From: Nitrospirota bacterium
GTDB lineage: Bacteria > Nitrospirota > UBA9217
Reading direction: 5' to 3'
Assembly (NCBI GenBank): GCA_963845065.1
Contig: CAWJQQ010000001.1
Location: 864,001 to 928,000 of the forward strand
Length of the DNA: 64,000 nt
Shown: positions 53,747 through 63,477 of the stretch, piece by piece
Layout: the number at the start of each line of letters is the position of its first letter
Numbering within the stretch: the first letter of the stretch is position 1
The notes under the pieces: generated by a model
Told to the model about the DNA's origin: nothing
What the model saw: only the letters and a program-made list of their open reading frames with translations
Database searches by the model: none
Made by a program: the position numbers and the translations under genes

Positions 53747-54895
53747 ATGAGCGAAGTTCTCGAAGAGCAGGTTTCCATCGATGAGCTTAAACGTGTAGGG
53801 ATCATCAGCCAGAAGCAAAAGGATTTTTATCTTATCCGTCTTAGGACCGTGGGCGGCGAAATGACCGCTGAGGAACTGAACGCAGTCGCCCAAGTCGCGC
53901 GGAAGTACGGGAACAGTCGAGTGCACCTCACAACGCGCCAGGCGATCGAAATTCATAATATCCATCTCGATAATCTTCAGGCCGCCCGTGAGGAGATTGA
54001 GGAGGGCGGGATCGTGCTAGGCGTATGTGGGCCACGCGGCAGGGGAATCGTGGCCTGTCCAGGAAACGCGACGTGCACTACTGGTCTTATCGAGACAAAG
54101 GAACTGGCCGCTGAGTTCGACGAGGCCTATCTGCGCGTAGCCGCTCCTCACAAGTTCAAAATCGGCATCTCCGGCTGCCCGAACAATTGTTCAAAGCCGG
54201 TTGAGAACGATATCGGCATCATGGGAGGAGTGCTACCGGGATGGGACAAGGAAACCTGCACTGCTTGTAAGCTCTGTGTGAACATTTGCCCAACTAATGC
54301 AATCGAGCAAAATGGTGATAATTTCCTCCTCGACATCGACAAGTGCCTCCTATGCGGGCTTTGCATCGGAAACTGCCCATCATCGGCATGGACTGCACAG
54401 AAGACCGGCTACACGCTCTATCTGGGCGGGAGCATGGGCAAAAAACCCCGCCTTGGGACCAAGGCAAAAGTGCTGATTGAATCGAAGGAAGAACTTGTCG
54501 CTTTGGTCCGTAAGGCATTCGACTATTATGTTGCTAATGGCAAGAAAAAAGAACGTTTCGGCCAAACTATCGACAGGATCGGAGTGGACAAGGCACTCGC
54601 ACAAATATTCCTAGACAAGACTGAGATGTTGGCGCAAGCACCGGATTTTGCGTCAACATCACCCATACAAAGGAACCTTCTCGACCTGAGAGGCGTCTGC
54701 TGCCCCACGAATTTTGTGAAAGCCAAACTTGCGATGGACAAAATCAAGAACGGTGAAACGATTGAATTTTATCTTGACGACGGAGAGCCGATTGTCAATG
54801 TCACACGCAGTCTCAAAGATGAAGGACATCAAGTGTTGAGTGTAGTGCCGCAGGACTCATTTTTCAAAGTACTGGTTGAGAAAAAAAAGGACTAG
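53747..54895 (+). CDS. Siroheme/4Fe-4S sulfite-nitrite reductase family protein with ferredoxin insert, fused to a C-terminal TusA/SirA domain
   Basis: LTTRQ, ACPGNATC, KFKIGISGCPNNC, two CxxCxxCxxxCP, ERFG..IDRIG, then LDLRGVCCPTNFVKAKL. Confidence 0.9.
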   Translation: MSEVLEEQVSIDELKRVGIISQKQKDFYLIRLRTVGGEMTAEELNAVAQVARKYGNSRVHLTTRQAIEIHNIHLDNLQAAREEIEEGGIVLGVCGPRGRGIVACPGNATCTTGLIETKELAAEFDEAYLRVAAPHKFKIGISGCPNNCSKPVENDIGIMGGVLPGWDKETCTACKLCVNICPTNAIEQNGDNFLLDIDKCLLCGLCIGNCPSSAWTAQKTGYTLYLGGSMGKKPRLGTKAKVLIESKEELVALVRKAFDYYVANGKKKERFGQTIDRIGVDKALAQIFLDKTEMLAQAPDFASTSPIQRNLLDLRGVCCPTNFVKAKLAMDKIKNGETIEFYLDDGEPIVNVTRSLKDEGHQVLSVVPQDSFFKVLVEKKKD

Positions 54896-54996
54896 GTTCA
54901 TGCCGTTCGAAAGGACCGTGGCGCACGAAAAATAATTTTTCAGGAGTTACCTTCGGTGCAGGATGAACATGGTAACTGATGCTGATTTAGCTCAAC

Positions 54997-55082
54997 CTAC
55001 AGCGAATATAGCTTTACAGGGGCCTTCACCGTGAATTCAGTACTGCTGATTCTGCCCAAAGTCACACTATCGCAGAAAGATT
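54997..55082 (+). pseudogene. cysW: C-terminal remnant of sulfate ABC permease CysW
   Basis: YSEYSFTGAFTVNSVLLILPKVTL resembles the CysW C-terminus YNEY.F..AF...S.L..LA.VTL. Confidence 0.55.
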
Positions 55083-55147
55083 GTTGGGCGAAAATCGGAC
55101 GAACAGGCCCGAAAAACGTCACATCCACCTAAAGAGGAGGCGTCAAG

Positions 55148-56080
55148 ATGGTCTGTTAGCCTTGAAATAAGAGGTATCAACAAGTTTCGTCCGGTATCTC
55201 GTTCTTCTGGATAAAATCTTTAAGATAACCACGGACGAAAAGATCGCACTTCTGGACCTTTGGTTCGGGCAAGACCGCGTTCCTCAGGAATGTCGCAACA
55301 CTGGAGCGGCCAGACAACGGTTAAATTCTGTTACACGACTCGGATATCGACAATCTCGCCGGGTAAGAATCTTTCCAGTTTTCCGCGGCCATATCCGCAT
55401 GTGGCTCTCGCCTGAGGTCTGGCGGTGGACCCGGAGGCGCTGCTCCTTAATGAACCCTTCGGCACGATAGATACGAAGGTTAAGAAAGAAATTCACCGCT
55501 GGTTCACCAGACTCCATGTGTAAGTGAAAGTGACGACCCTATCCATCAGATACGATCAGGAAGAGGAACTCAAAGTCGCAGACTGGGTTATGATCATAAT
55601 GCGAGGTGCGATCGGGTAGGTCAGTATGCCCGATGATATCTGTAATCATCACATCAATCCTTTACCCATCAGATTTGGGGAGCGTAAATTATTTCTATGG
55701 AAGACTAAGGCCTATGTAGAGAGTATTTGGCAGGACATGCCATATTCTGATGGGATCGGTCATGTCCCGCTCGTGGCCTATATCAGGCCTTACGATATCA
55801 AGATCAATAGATAGATGAGAATGGCCGTGGCAACTAGACCTTCATGACGCAGTATATTCTGTGGGCCCTATCGTTTCGCTCGATATGAGACGCATTGACG
55901 CCGTAGAAGCCATTGAAGTGGAATTGACCAGATCGATTCGTCGAGTTGGACGTACCAGAAGGAGAACGCATACCCTCCATACCCCGGAACCTAGGGTTGT
56001 TGAAGATTATGCCGAGCTTCGCAATGGAAATACTAGCTATGGCCGGATTGTCGATGAAGAGATGGAATACTATTTATCAT
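55148..56080 (+). pseudogene. cysA: Eroded sulfate ABC ATPase CysA
   Basis: SLEIRGINKF, broken Walker A (..SGKT), [60 protein letters not shown]; many stops and frameshifts. Confidence 0.75.
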
Positions 56081-56113
56081 TACAGACCATGTTCATTACG
56101 GAAAGGATGAGAA

Positions 56114-57049
56114 ATGATAAACATTTACGATGACGTAACGAAAACGATTGGCCATACACCGCTGGTCAGGATCAACAGGCTTGCTTCGGGGTTACCGGGA
56201 CACATCGTGGCAAAATTGGAAAAAGCCAACCCCATGGCGAGTATAAAGGACAGGATCGGTCTGTCTATGATCGAAGCAGCCGAACGGTCTGGTCTCATAA
56301 ACAAGAACACGGTCATAATCGAACCTACTAGCGGGAATACCGGCATCGCGCTTGCGTATGTATGCGCAGTCAAGGGGTTTCGTCTTATTCTTACCATGCC
56401 CGAGACCATGAGCATGGAGCGTCGGGCGCTATTGAGAATCCTTGGCGCCGAACTAGTCTTGACAGAGGGCAGCAAAGGGATGAAGGGAGCCATCGAGAAG
56501 GCCGAGGATCTTGCACGGGAAAATAAAGGTACATTCATTCCACAGCAGTTCAAGAATGAGGCAAATGTCGACATCCACAGGAGAACAACAGCGTTGGAAA
56601 TATGGAACGATACAGATGGGAAAGCCGATATCCTCGTCGCGGGTGTTGGAACGGGCGGGACCATTACCGGCGTTTCGCAGACACTAAAGCAGAAGAAGCC
56701 CGCTTTCAAATCCATCGCTGTGGAACCAAAGGACTCGCCGGTTCTTTCAGGTGGAAAGCCGGGTCCGCACAAGATCCAGGGTATAGGTGCGGGATTTGTC
56801 AGCGATATTTTGCAGCGGGAACTCATTGACGAAATCATCCAGGTAACCAATGAAGACGCGGGAACTTTTGCGAAACGAGCTGCAAGGGAAGAGGGGCTTT
56901 TGGTCGGTATATCCTCGGGCGCCGCGCTGTGGGCTGCCCTTGAGGTTGCAAAAAGGCCGGAAAACAGGGAAAAACTTATAGTCGTAATTCTGCCGGATAC
57001 GGGAGAGCGATATCTTTCTACTTGGCTATTTCAAGAATACATGACTTGA
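56114..57049 (+). CDS. cysK: Cysteine synthase A
   Basis: [44 protein letters not shown]. Confidence 0.96.
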   Translation: MINIYDDVTKTIGHTPLVRINRLASGLPGHIVAKLEKANPMASIKDRIGLSMIEAAERSGLINKNTVIIEPTSGNTGIALAYVCAVKGFRLILTMPETMSMERRALLRILGAELVLTEGSKGMKGAIEKAEDLARENKGTFIPQQFKNEANVDIHRRTTALEIWNDTDGKADILVAGVGTGGTITGVSQTLKQKKPAFKSIAVEPKDSPVLSGGKPGPHKIQGIGAGFVSDILQRELIDEIIQVTNEDAGTFAKRAAREEGLLVGISSGAALWAALEVAKRPENREKLIVVILPDTGERYLSTWLFQEYMT

Positions 57050-57430
57050 TGAATTCCCAACGCTAAAGCATGTGGCGTTTACCGCGCTATTATCTTAACC
57101 AGGAAAAACCTGAACTTCAAGAAGTATCACGCAAAGAAGCAAAGTCTTTATTGGTTTAAACGAGAATCTATTTTTTACAGGGCTTGGTTTAATGCTGGCA
57201 TTTGGATATCATAAGAGTCCCGCTTTTTGCCAAACTTCTGATATTCTTATCAGAAAACGGTTTTGAAACGATAAAGACAGACGCAAGCACCTCGCGGGCG
57301 ATCTGTTTACTCAGCGTATAGAGACAATTTGAAAGACAGCAGCATCGGCATGGGTTCGACGTGTTTGGCCGGAGGTTACAATATGGTGGAATAAATTCCT
57401 TTTCTATTCCAAAACAAACGTAAACAATAT

Positions 57431-57830
57431 TTGGCGGGCGTTGCCCGTGTGCTCTGGTACGTCCCTAATGCTCCTATCTTCATCGTGGCACATGGGTTCA
57501 CCGATGATAAAGTTCGCGAGATCAGGCTCTTTGTCAGGTTTGAGCGACGGGCACGCAAAAGGATTTTACCGTGCAGCGGTTCGATTTTGCTGGTTGAGGT
57601 GATAACGAAGGCGATTGACCCACACGAAAGAAATCTGCAATTTCCAATGCATCATTGAGCTCGTATATATCATTTCCTGCCTGGAGGATTCACCTACCTA
57701 TCTCATCGGCTACAGTCTGGGCGAGGCTGTGGTCTTTTTCGGTGCAGTCCGAAGCGAGGTTGTGCGATGCGTCGTGGGCTGGGCGCCAGTCTCCGATCTT
57801 CAGGCTGTCTTCTGCTCCCTTTTGTAGAAG
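57431..57830 (+). pseudogene. Alpha/beta hydrolase remnant
   Basis: IVAHGFTDDK in one frame; YLIGYSLG (GxSxG) ...VVGWAPVSDL in another; stops on both sides. Confidence 0.55.
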
Positions 57831-58375
57831 AGGCTTTTGTCGCATCACGCGTGCAGGGTGAAATTCCCCGAAAAATGATTTGAAATAGTTTTATCTTACG
57901 ACATCTTTTTCCCAAGATTTAAACAAACACTGACCCGTTAAAGGATATCGCGAAGATCGCGCTCGGCCCTGCTTCTTGTGCAGAATTCGGCTGGCACAAA
58001 AATATTGCCTAATCAGACCCAGAACCTTATTTTCGCAACCAATTGCCCGAAATAGCTTCACATGATTGACGTCGCTAAACACTCATTCGCAAATCATGAG
58101 AGGAGATTGTTTGGCATAACGCCTCACCACCTTTGCGATTGGAGTAGAGACGCTTGGTTTGCACCAGAAAAGACAATTCGAAAACCTGTATGGAAATCCG
58201 CACCTAACATGGATGGGCTGATGTCACGTTAGAGTAAATGGTTCAATCGCCGCATGAAATATATCGTCTACAACGTCGCGCATCCGTAACTGAAAAAAGA
58301 GCTATGAATAGTGAAAGAAATCGTCTCCAATCTGCTATACTATAACCAATTAGTTTCATTTGATTGTCATCAACC

Positions 58376-59209
58376 ATGTGGGATTATACTGATAAAGTTA
58401 AACAAACCTTCCTGCACCCGAAAAACGCCGGAGAAATTGAGAACCCCGATGCCGTTGGCGAGGTCGGCAGCATTCTCTGTGGCGATGCCCTTAAACTGAC
58501 CCTTCGGATCGACAAAAACAGCGGGAAAATCATTGATGCAAAATTCCAAACTTTCGGTTGCGCTTCGGCCATTGCAAGTTCGTCAGTCCTGACCGAACTC
58601 ATAAAAGGGAAAACAGTAGACGAGGCACTGAAGATCAACAACCAGGATATCGCCCACTTTCTGGGAGGATTGCCGAAAGAAAAGATGCACTGCTCGGTCA
58701 TGGGCAGGGAAGCGCTCGAAGCAGCCATTGCTAATTACCGGGGTGAGAAAAGACCGGTAGAGGTCGAAGGGAAAATTATCTGCAAGTGCTTTGAGGTCAC
58801 TGAAGAAAAGATTCGGAAAGTCGCCCTCGAAAATCGTCTCACAACAGTCGAGGATGTCACCAATTTCACGAAGGCGGGCGGAGGGTGCGGCAGTTGCATT
58901 CCCGACATAGAGTCGATCCTGAAAGACCTCTGGTCCTCATCAGCCACGCAGGCATCTCAGCAGGCTCCCAAACGCATGACCAGCCTACGGAAAATTGAGC
59001 TCATCCAGGAAGTCCTGGAACAGGAGATCCGTCCGCGGCTCCAAGCCGATGGCGGTGATATTGAACTGAAGGATATTGTTGGCGACCGCGTCATAGTCTC
59101 GTTTCGGGCCATGTGTGTGGGTTGTCCCATGGGAAATATCACGATCCAGGGGATTCAGAATAAACTGAGAGAACTGGTGAGTGCAGATATTCTGGTAGAG
59201 GAAGAATGA
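58376..59209 (+). CDS. nifU: Fe-S cluster scaffold NifU (IscU + BFD-like + Nfu domains)
   Basis: MWDYTDKV, CGD, TFGCASA, KMHCSVM, CKC...GGGCGSC, RPRLQADGGD, CVGC. Confidence 0.95.
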   Translation: MWDYTDKVKQTFLHPKNAGEIENPDAVGEVGSILCGDALKLTLRIDKNSGKIIDAKFQTFGCASAIASSSVLTELIKGKTVDEALKINNQDIAHFLGGLPKEKMHCSVMGREALEAAIANYRGEKRPVEVEGKIICKCFEVTEEKIRKVALENRLTTVEDVTNFTKAGGGCGSCIPDIESILKDLWSSSATQASQQAPKRMTSLRKIELIQEVLEQEIRPRLQADGGDIELKDIVGDRVIVSFRAMCVGCPMGNITIQGIQNKLRELVSADILVEEE

Positions 59210-60390
59210 AACCGATATATTTAGACAATAATGCAACAACCGCTATTGCTCCTGAGGTCCTCGATGCGATGCTCCCTTACTTCCGGGACCTCTACGGAAA
59301 CCCTTCAAGCATGCATACCTTCGGTGGACAGGTCCATCGCAAAATCGAGGAAGCACGCGCTCAGGCTGCAGCGCTTATAGGTGCGGAACCTGAGGAAATC
59401 ATATTCACGAGCTGTGGTAGCGAGAGTGACAACACCGCCTTAATGAGCGCGATTGAGTCCTTTCCACATAAGAAACACGTAATCACGACCCGAGTGGAAC
59501 ACCCGGCAATCTTGAATTTCGCCCGCTATCTTTCCCGAAAAGGCATACGAGTCACGTACCTGCCCGTAGACGGTGACGGACGGCTCGATCAAGATGCATT
59601 CTTGAAAGCCCTCGACGATGACACTGCGATCGTTTCGATTATGTACGCGAATAATGAAACAGGCGTGATCTTCCCCATTGCTGAACTCGGGGATATCCTG
59701 CGAGAGAAGGGGATCCTTTTCCATACCGACGCGGTCCAGGCAGGCGGCAAACTTCCTCTCGATGTGGGCAAACTGTCTGTAAACATGCTTTCACTATCTG
59801 GACATAAAATCCACGCTCCCAAAGGTGTTGGGGCGTTCTATATAAGAAAGGGAACGCGATTCCATCCCTATATTATCGGCGGACATCAGGAGTACGGAAG
59901 AAGGGCAGGCACCGAGAATGTAGCGCCGATCATTGGCATGGGCAAGGCCTGCGTGCTTGCCCGTGAACATCTTGACGTCGAAGCGAAACGCCAGACAGTC
60001 CTCAGGGACAAACTCGAGCAGGCTCTGCTGCGCACCTGCCCTGATGCACGCGTGAACGGTGATACGCACAACCGTCTTCCGAATACGTCCAACATCAGCT
60101 TTGAATACGTCGAGGGCGAGGCAATCCTGCTCAGGCTTGATGAATACGGCATTTGCGCCTCGTCGGGGTCCGCCTGCTCCTCGGGCTCTCTTGAGCCGAG
60201 TCATGTACTTCGCGCCATGGGTATACCCTTTACAGCCGTCCACGGCTCCATCCGCTTCTCACTCAGTCGATACACTACTGAGGCGGAAATCGACCGTGTA
60301 ACGGAAATCCTGCCGGACATCATCAGCAAACTGCGCGAACTCTCGCCCTATGGACGAGAAAAGCTTCTGAACCGCGCTGCGGCGCAATGA
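59206..60390 (+). CDS. nifS: Cysteine desulfurase NifS
   Basis: YLDNNATT, GNPSS, HTDAVQ, SGHK, SSGSACSS; ATGA overlap with nifU. Confidence 0.95.
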   Translation: MKPIYLDNNATTAIAPEVLDAMLPYFRDLYGNPSSMHTFGGQVHRKIEEARAQAAALIGAEPEEIIFTSCGSESDNTALMSAIESFPHKKHVITTRVEHPAILNFARYLSRKGIRVTYLPVDGDGRLDQDAFLKALDDDTAIVSIMYANNETGVIFPIAELGDILREKGILFHTDAVQAGGKLPLDVGKLSVNMLSLSGHKIHAPKGVGAFYIRKGTRFHPYIIGGHQEYGRRAGTENVAPIIGMGKACVLAREHLDVEAKRQTVLRDKLEQALLRTCPDARVNGDTHNRLPNTSNISFEYVEGEAILLRLDEYGICASSGSACSSGSLEPSHVLRAMGIPFTAVHGSIRFSLSRYTTEAEIDRVTEILPDIISKLRELSPYGREKLLNRAAAQ

Positions 60391-60530
60391 CGGATATCTT
60401 GATCATGGAATGTGACATTTTACAGTCTAAAAGCGGGGAAGCCAGGTTTGATATGAGAGGGGTCAACTGCATTGAGTATGATCTGCTTGTTTGTACAATG
60501 CTAGTCCTGCGACAATGAAGGCTTACATTG

Positions 60531-61070
60531 CTATAACACTTTACCCATAAGAACTTCGTTAATGAAATCTCTGCCCATTCGTATCCTATTTTGTCGCACT
60601 CCTTCTTCGATGAAACCAGCCTTCTTGAACATACTGAGGGATCTCTGATTTGTCGTGAAGATATTTGCTTCGAGTTTTTTGTAACCCAGCTTGGTTGCCC
60701 ATTCTATCGAATAGTTGAGAAGGTTAGGCCCAATGCCCAGCCCCCGGAACTTCTCTTTCAGGTGAAGTCCGATGTGCAGAATATGAGTTGTTTCAGGTCT
60801 CTTCCCATCATCTGCCTGCAAAGCAGCCAGACAACCGACGACCTCATCACCAGCGGAAGCAACGATGAGAAGGTTCCTCGTGCCGTCCAATCCGTTGATA
60901 TATTCTCTTTCTGACTCGGAATCTTTGCTATACTGCTCCATGAGGACATAACTTCGCTCATTTGCATTTGATCGCACAGTGTCAATGATGGCACAAGAAT
61001 CATCAGGCTGCGCTGGCCTGATCGTTATTTTCGAACCATCCTTTGCTAGGAACGTCCTGATCGTTTGCAT
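60531..61070 (-). CDS. GNAT N-acetyltransferase
   Basis: IRPA, FRGLGIG acetyl-CoA motif, N..S..MFKKAGF..EG; GGAGGGG RBS. Confidence 0.88.
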   Translation of the reverse strand: MQTIRTFLAKDGSKITIRPAQPDDSCAIIDTVRSNANERSYVLMEQYSKDSESEREYINGLDGTRNLLIVASAGDEVVGCLAALQADDGKRPETTHILHIGLHLKEKFRGLGIGPNLLNYSIEWATKLGYKKLEANIFTTNQRSLSMFKKAGFIEEGVRQNRIRMGRDFINEVLMGKVL

Positions 61071-61757
61071 GGTCCCCTCCTTGTCCGACATTATGAGATT
61101 GATTATATACCGGAATTGCAGCGACCACAATACGTCATGGAAAATTATTGATCAAATCGCAGAATACGAATTTCTCGGATCGATTGGCTTAAAGTTCTGA
61201 TCGTTAAATAGTGCCATTTTGTGAAGCGTCAACGGCTGACCTGGTTAGAAGGGGAACTTATGAAAACATGCTCTGAGCTAGCATGGTGTGCGGCAGGGAC
61301 CAAAAAGATGACAGGGTGGGCGCTGGAAAAAACTCCCGACATGTCATGTCCGGTTATCCTGACTTACCGACATTTAAGCAGCAAGAAAACCCTGGCCTTG
61401 GCAATGGGGATGAATTGCTGTGAAGTTGATTTTTCCTATCTATATACTATACGATCTTTAAAAATAAAAGATATGAGGTTCCGATGAGAAAGTAACGGGT
61501 ATCTTTGCCTGACCACGACATTGCTAGATTTATTAAGTATGGCTAGTGCTTGCCCGCTCCGAGAGCGGGCGACGTCGAGATTGCAATATCAAGCGACGAA
61601 TGATCAGATTTCTATCTATCGGCTTTGTCCTGCGGGCCTGAGGTAAAGTGATGGCCAGTTAAAGACGGTTCAACGATAATCAAGATCGGCAACTTAAATT
61701 TGTTGCCGAAGCGCTTACCGGTACCGCCGTTAGAACCCCCTGCCTTCAGTCGGTAGG

Positions 61758-61949
61758 TCAGGGTTTCTTTTCTTCGAGTTTCTCCGCTTCTACCTTGTCA
61801 TCTTCTTTCTCGGACATGGCCTTCTTGAATCCACGGATACTTTTCCCGAGGCTTTCCCCGAGAGCTGGTAATTTACCCGGACCGAAGATGATCAAAACTA
61901 TCACGAGAATCAGAAGCAAATGCATTGGCTGAAGAAGTCCTCTACCCAT
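61758..61949 (-). CDS. tatA: TatA/E family translocase subunit
   Basis: TM then [30 protein letters not shown]. Confidence 0.9.
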   Translation of the reverse strand: MGRGLLQPMHLLLILVIVLIIFGPGKLPALGESLGKSIRGFKKAMSEKEDDKVEAEKLEEKKP

Positions 61950-61972
61950 TTTAAAATCCTCCAATATTCAGA

Positions 61973-62167
61973 CTACTTTTTTATTTCGCGAGAAGGCCGC
62001 GTTTTCTTTTTCAACGACATTAAAATAAACAGCACTATGATAACTATCCAGACAAATTTTAATGTTAATAGGGTGAATGATAAGTAGATAAATTGCTTTA
62101 TCGACTTTAACACTAAACTAGCAGCCACAATAAGGCCAACGATAAGTAATAATTTATCAAATTTCAT
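61973..62167 (-). CDS. Small hydrophobic hypothetical protein
   Basis: 64 aa with two hydrophobic stretches and a basic tail, directly upstream of tatA; AT-rich, weak RBS. Confidence 0.45.
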   Translation of the reverse strand: MKFDKLLLIVGLIVAASLVLKSIKQFIYLSFTLLTLKFVWIVIIVLFILMSLKKKTRPSREIKK

Positions 62168-62465
62168 AATGATTAAAACCGTATATACTGTAAATCATTT
62201 TGTTCCGTACTGCAACCTTTTTTTGACATCGTGAATCGATGGAGCGAAGATAAAGCGCTTTTGCAGCCAGTGTCCTGGCGCTTGATGTTTGAGATTGGAT
62301 CCTGCCAAATTTATTTTTTACGAGAATAGAGGCAGGTATAATACCATGAGGATTTTTTTTGAATTCGTGTCTGCGTATTCCCCCTGCTAGGAGTAAAAAA
62401 GCCAGGAGGGGGTCAAGCAGAGGCCATGTATCTTCACTGGTCAGATTTGCTTGCGCTTTTATAAA

Positions 62466-62494
62466 TTGACAGCATCATAAAAGCTCGGTATAAT
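62466..62494 (+). promoter_or_regulatory. Consensus sigma70 promoter of the second tatA
   Basis: TTGACA-17 nt-TATAAT followed by AAGGAGG RBS. Confidence 0.85.
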
Positions 62495-62521
62495 ACTTAT
62501 GCTTGAAGGAGGGGATCGCCC

Positions 62522-62716
62522 ATGTTTGAAGGCCTATTTCAGCCCGTGCATCTGATTCTTATCTTGCTCATAGTGCTCATTATTTTCGGCCCTGGGAAAC
62601 TTCCCGAACTAGGTGAAGGACTTGGGAAAAGCATCAAAGCGTTCAAGAAGGCCATGAAAGACGAGAAGAACGAAACGCCGCCGTCCATTGAGCATAAGGA
62701 AGAAAAAAAGGCGTAG
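62522..62716 (+). CDS. tatA: TatA/E family translocase subunit
   Basis: [35 protein letters not shown]. Confidence 0.92.
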   Translation: MFEGLFQPVHLILILLIVLIIFGPGKLPELGEGLGKSIKAFKKAMKDEKNETPPSIEHKEEKKA

Positions 62717-62761
62717 TAAGGTGCTCTGTAATATCCTTTCCTCTGGCATAGTTAGCAAGCC

Positions 62762-62804
62762 AAGATACGGGTTGAGGTAGTGTACCTCAACCCGTATCTT
62801 TTTT
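62762..62804 (+). terminator. Intrinsic terminator after tatA
   Basis: Perfect 18-bp stem (62762-62779/62783-62800), GTG loop, T tract. Confidence 0.85.
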
Positions 62805-63136
62805 CTGTCGTTTCAAATTTGTCCGTAATAAGAACTCGCAGCACTTAATGCACTCTCTCCACTAAAGCATGCTGGGTTTCCCACTCTATTTTCCTAAACT
62901 AAACAGAACATCGGCAGTCTCGATTACAATCTCACTGCAATAAGCCCCTGGTTTTAACCATGGGTGAGGTCAGTTATAAAAAAATAGTTACAATACCGTT
63001 TTTTTAATTGTAATTTTTGTTTAGATGCGTTTTATATTGAATTTGATTAAACAGCTGTTCACTAAGAGGGTCGTTTTCTGAACCGTAGTAAATCATTAAG
63101 ACTATGGTATGGTAATGCTAAAAGGTGGTGGCATTT

Positions 63137-63442
63137 ATGGCGGACAACATCAATAATGCATCGTTAACAGCGCTAAATTCTTATAACACTCTGCTGAATA
63201 ATGCGGCGAATAACGTCGCCGATATTAATTCCGTTAGCCACAGCCCTCTTGAAACTACCATGCATGACTCCACCACTTCAGGAGTCACGGCAATAACTTC
63301 GCAGAACGAAAATATAGACCGTGTAGATCTTTCGCAGGAGGCGGTGAATATGATCATCGCCGAGACTGGTTTTAATGCCAACATCGAAATTTTGAAAACC
63401 GCTCAAAAAATGCAGACTAGTGTTATTGACATTATTGCATAG
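63137..63442 (+). CDS. Short flagellar basal-body rod/hook N+C-terminal domain protein
   Basis: SLTALN...AANNVADINS and VDLSQEAVNMI..GFNANIEILKT...IDIIA. Confidence 0.8.
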   Translation: MADNINNASLTALNSYNTLLNNAANNVADINSVSHSPLETTMHDSTTSGVTAITSQNENIDRVDLSQEAVNMIIAETGFNANIEILKTAQKMQTSVIDIIA

Positions 63443-63477
63443 ATTAGTGAGAGGGGGAATTGTTGTCGCGGATGGCA

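Noticed and set aside
57992..58009. Sigma54 promoter TGGCAC...TTGC upstream of nifU
   Set aside because: GG-to-GC spacing is 12 nt rather than the required 10.
58376..60390. Nitrogen fixation inferred from nifU/nifS
   Set aside because: No nifHDK in the window; NifUS is the general Fe-S assembly system in many anaerobes.
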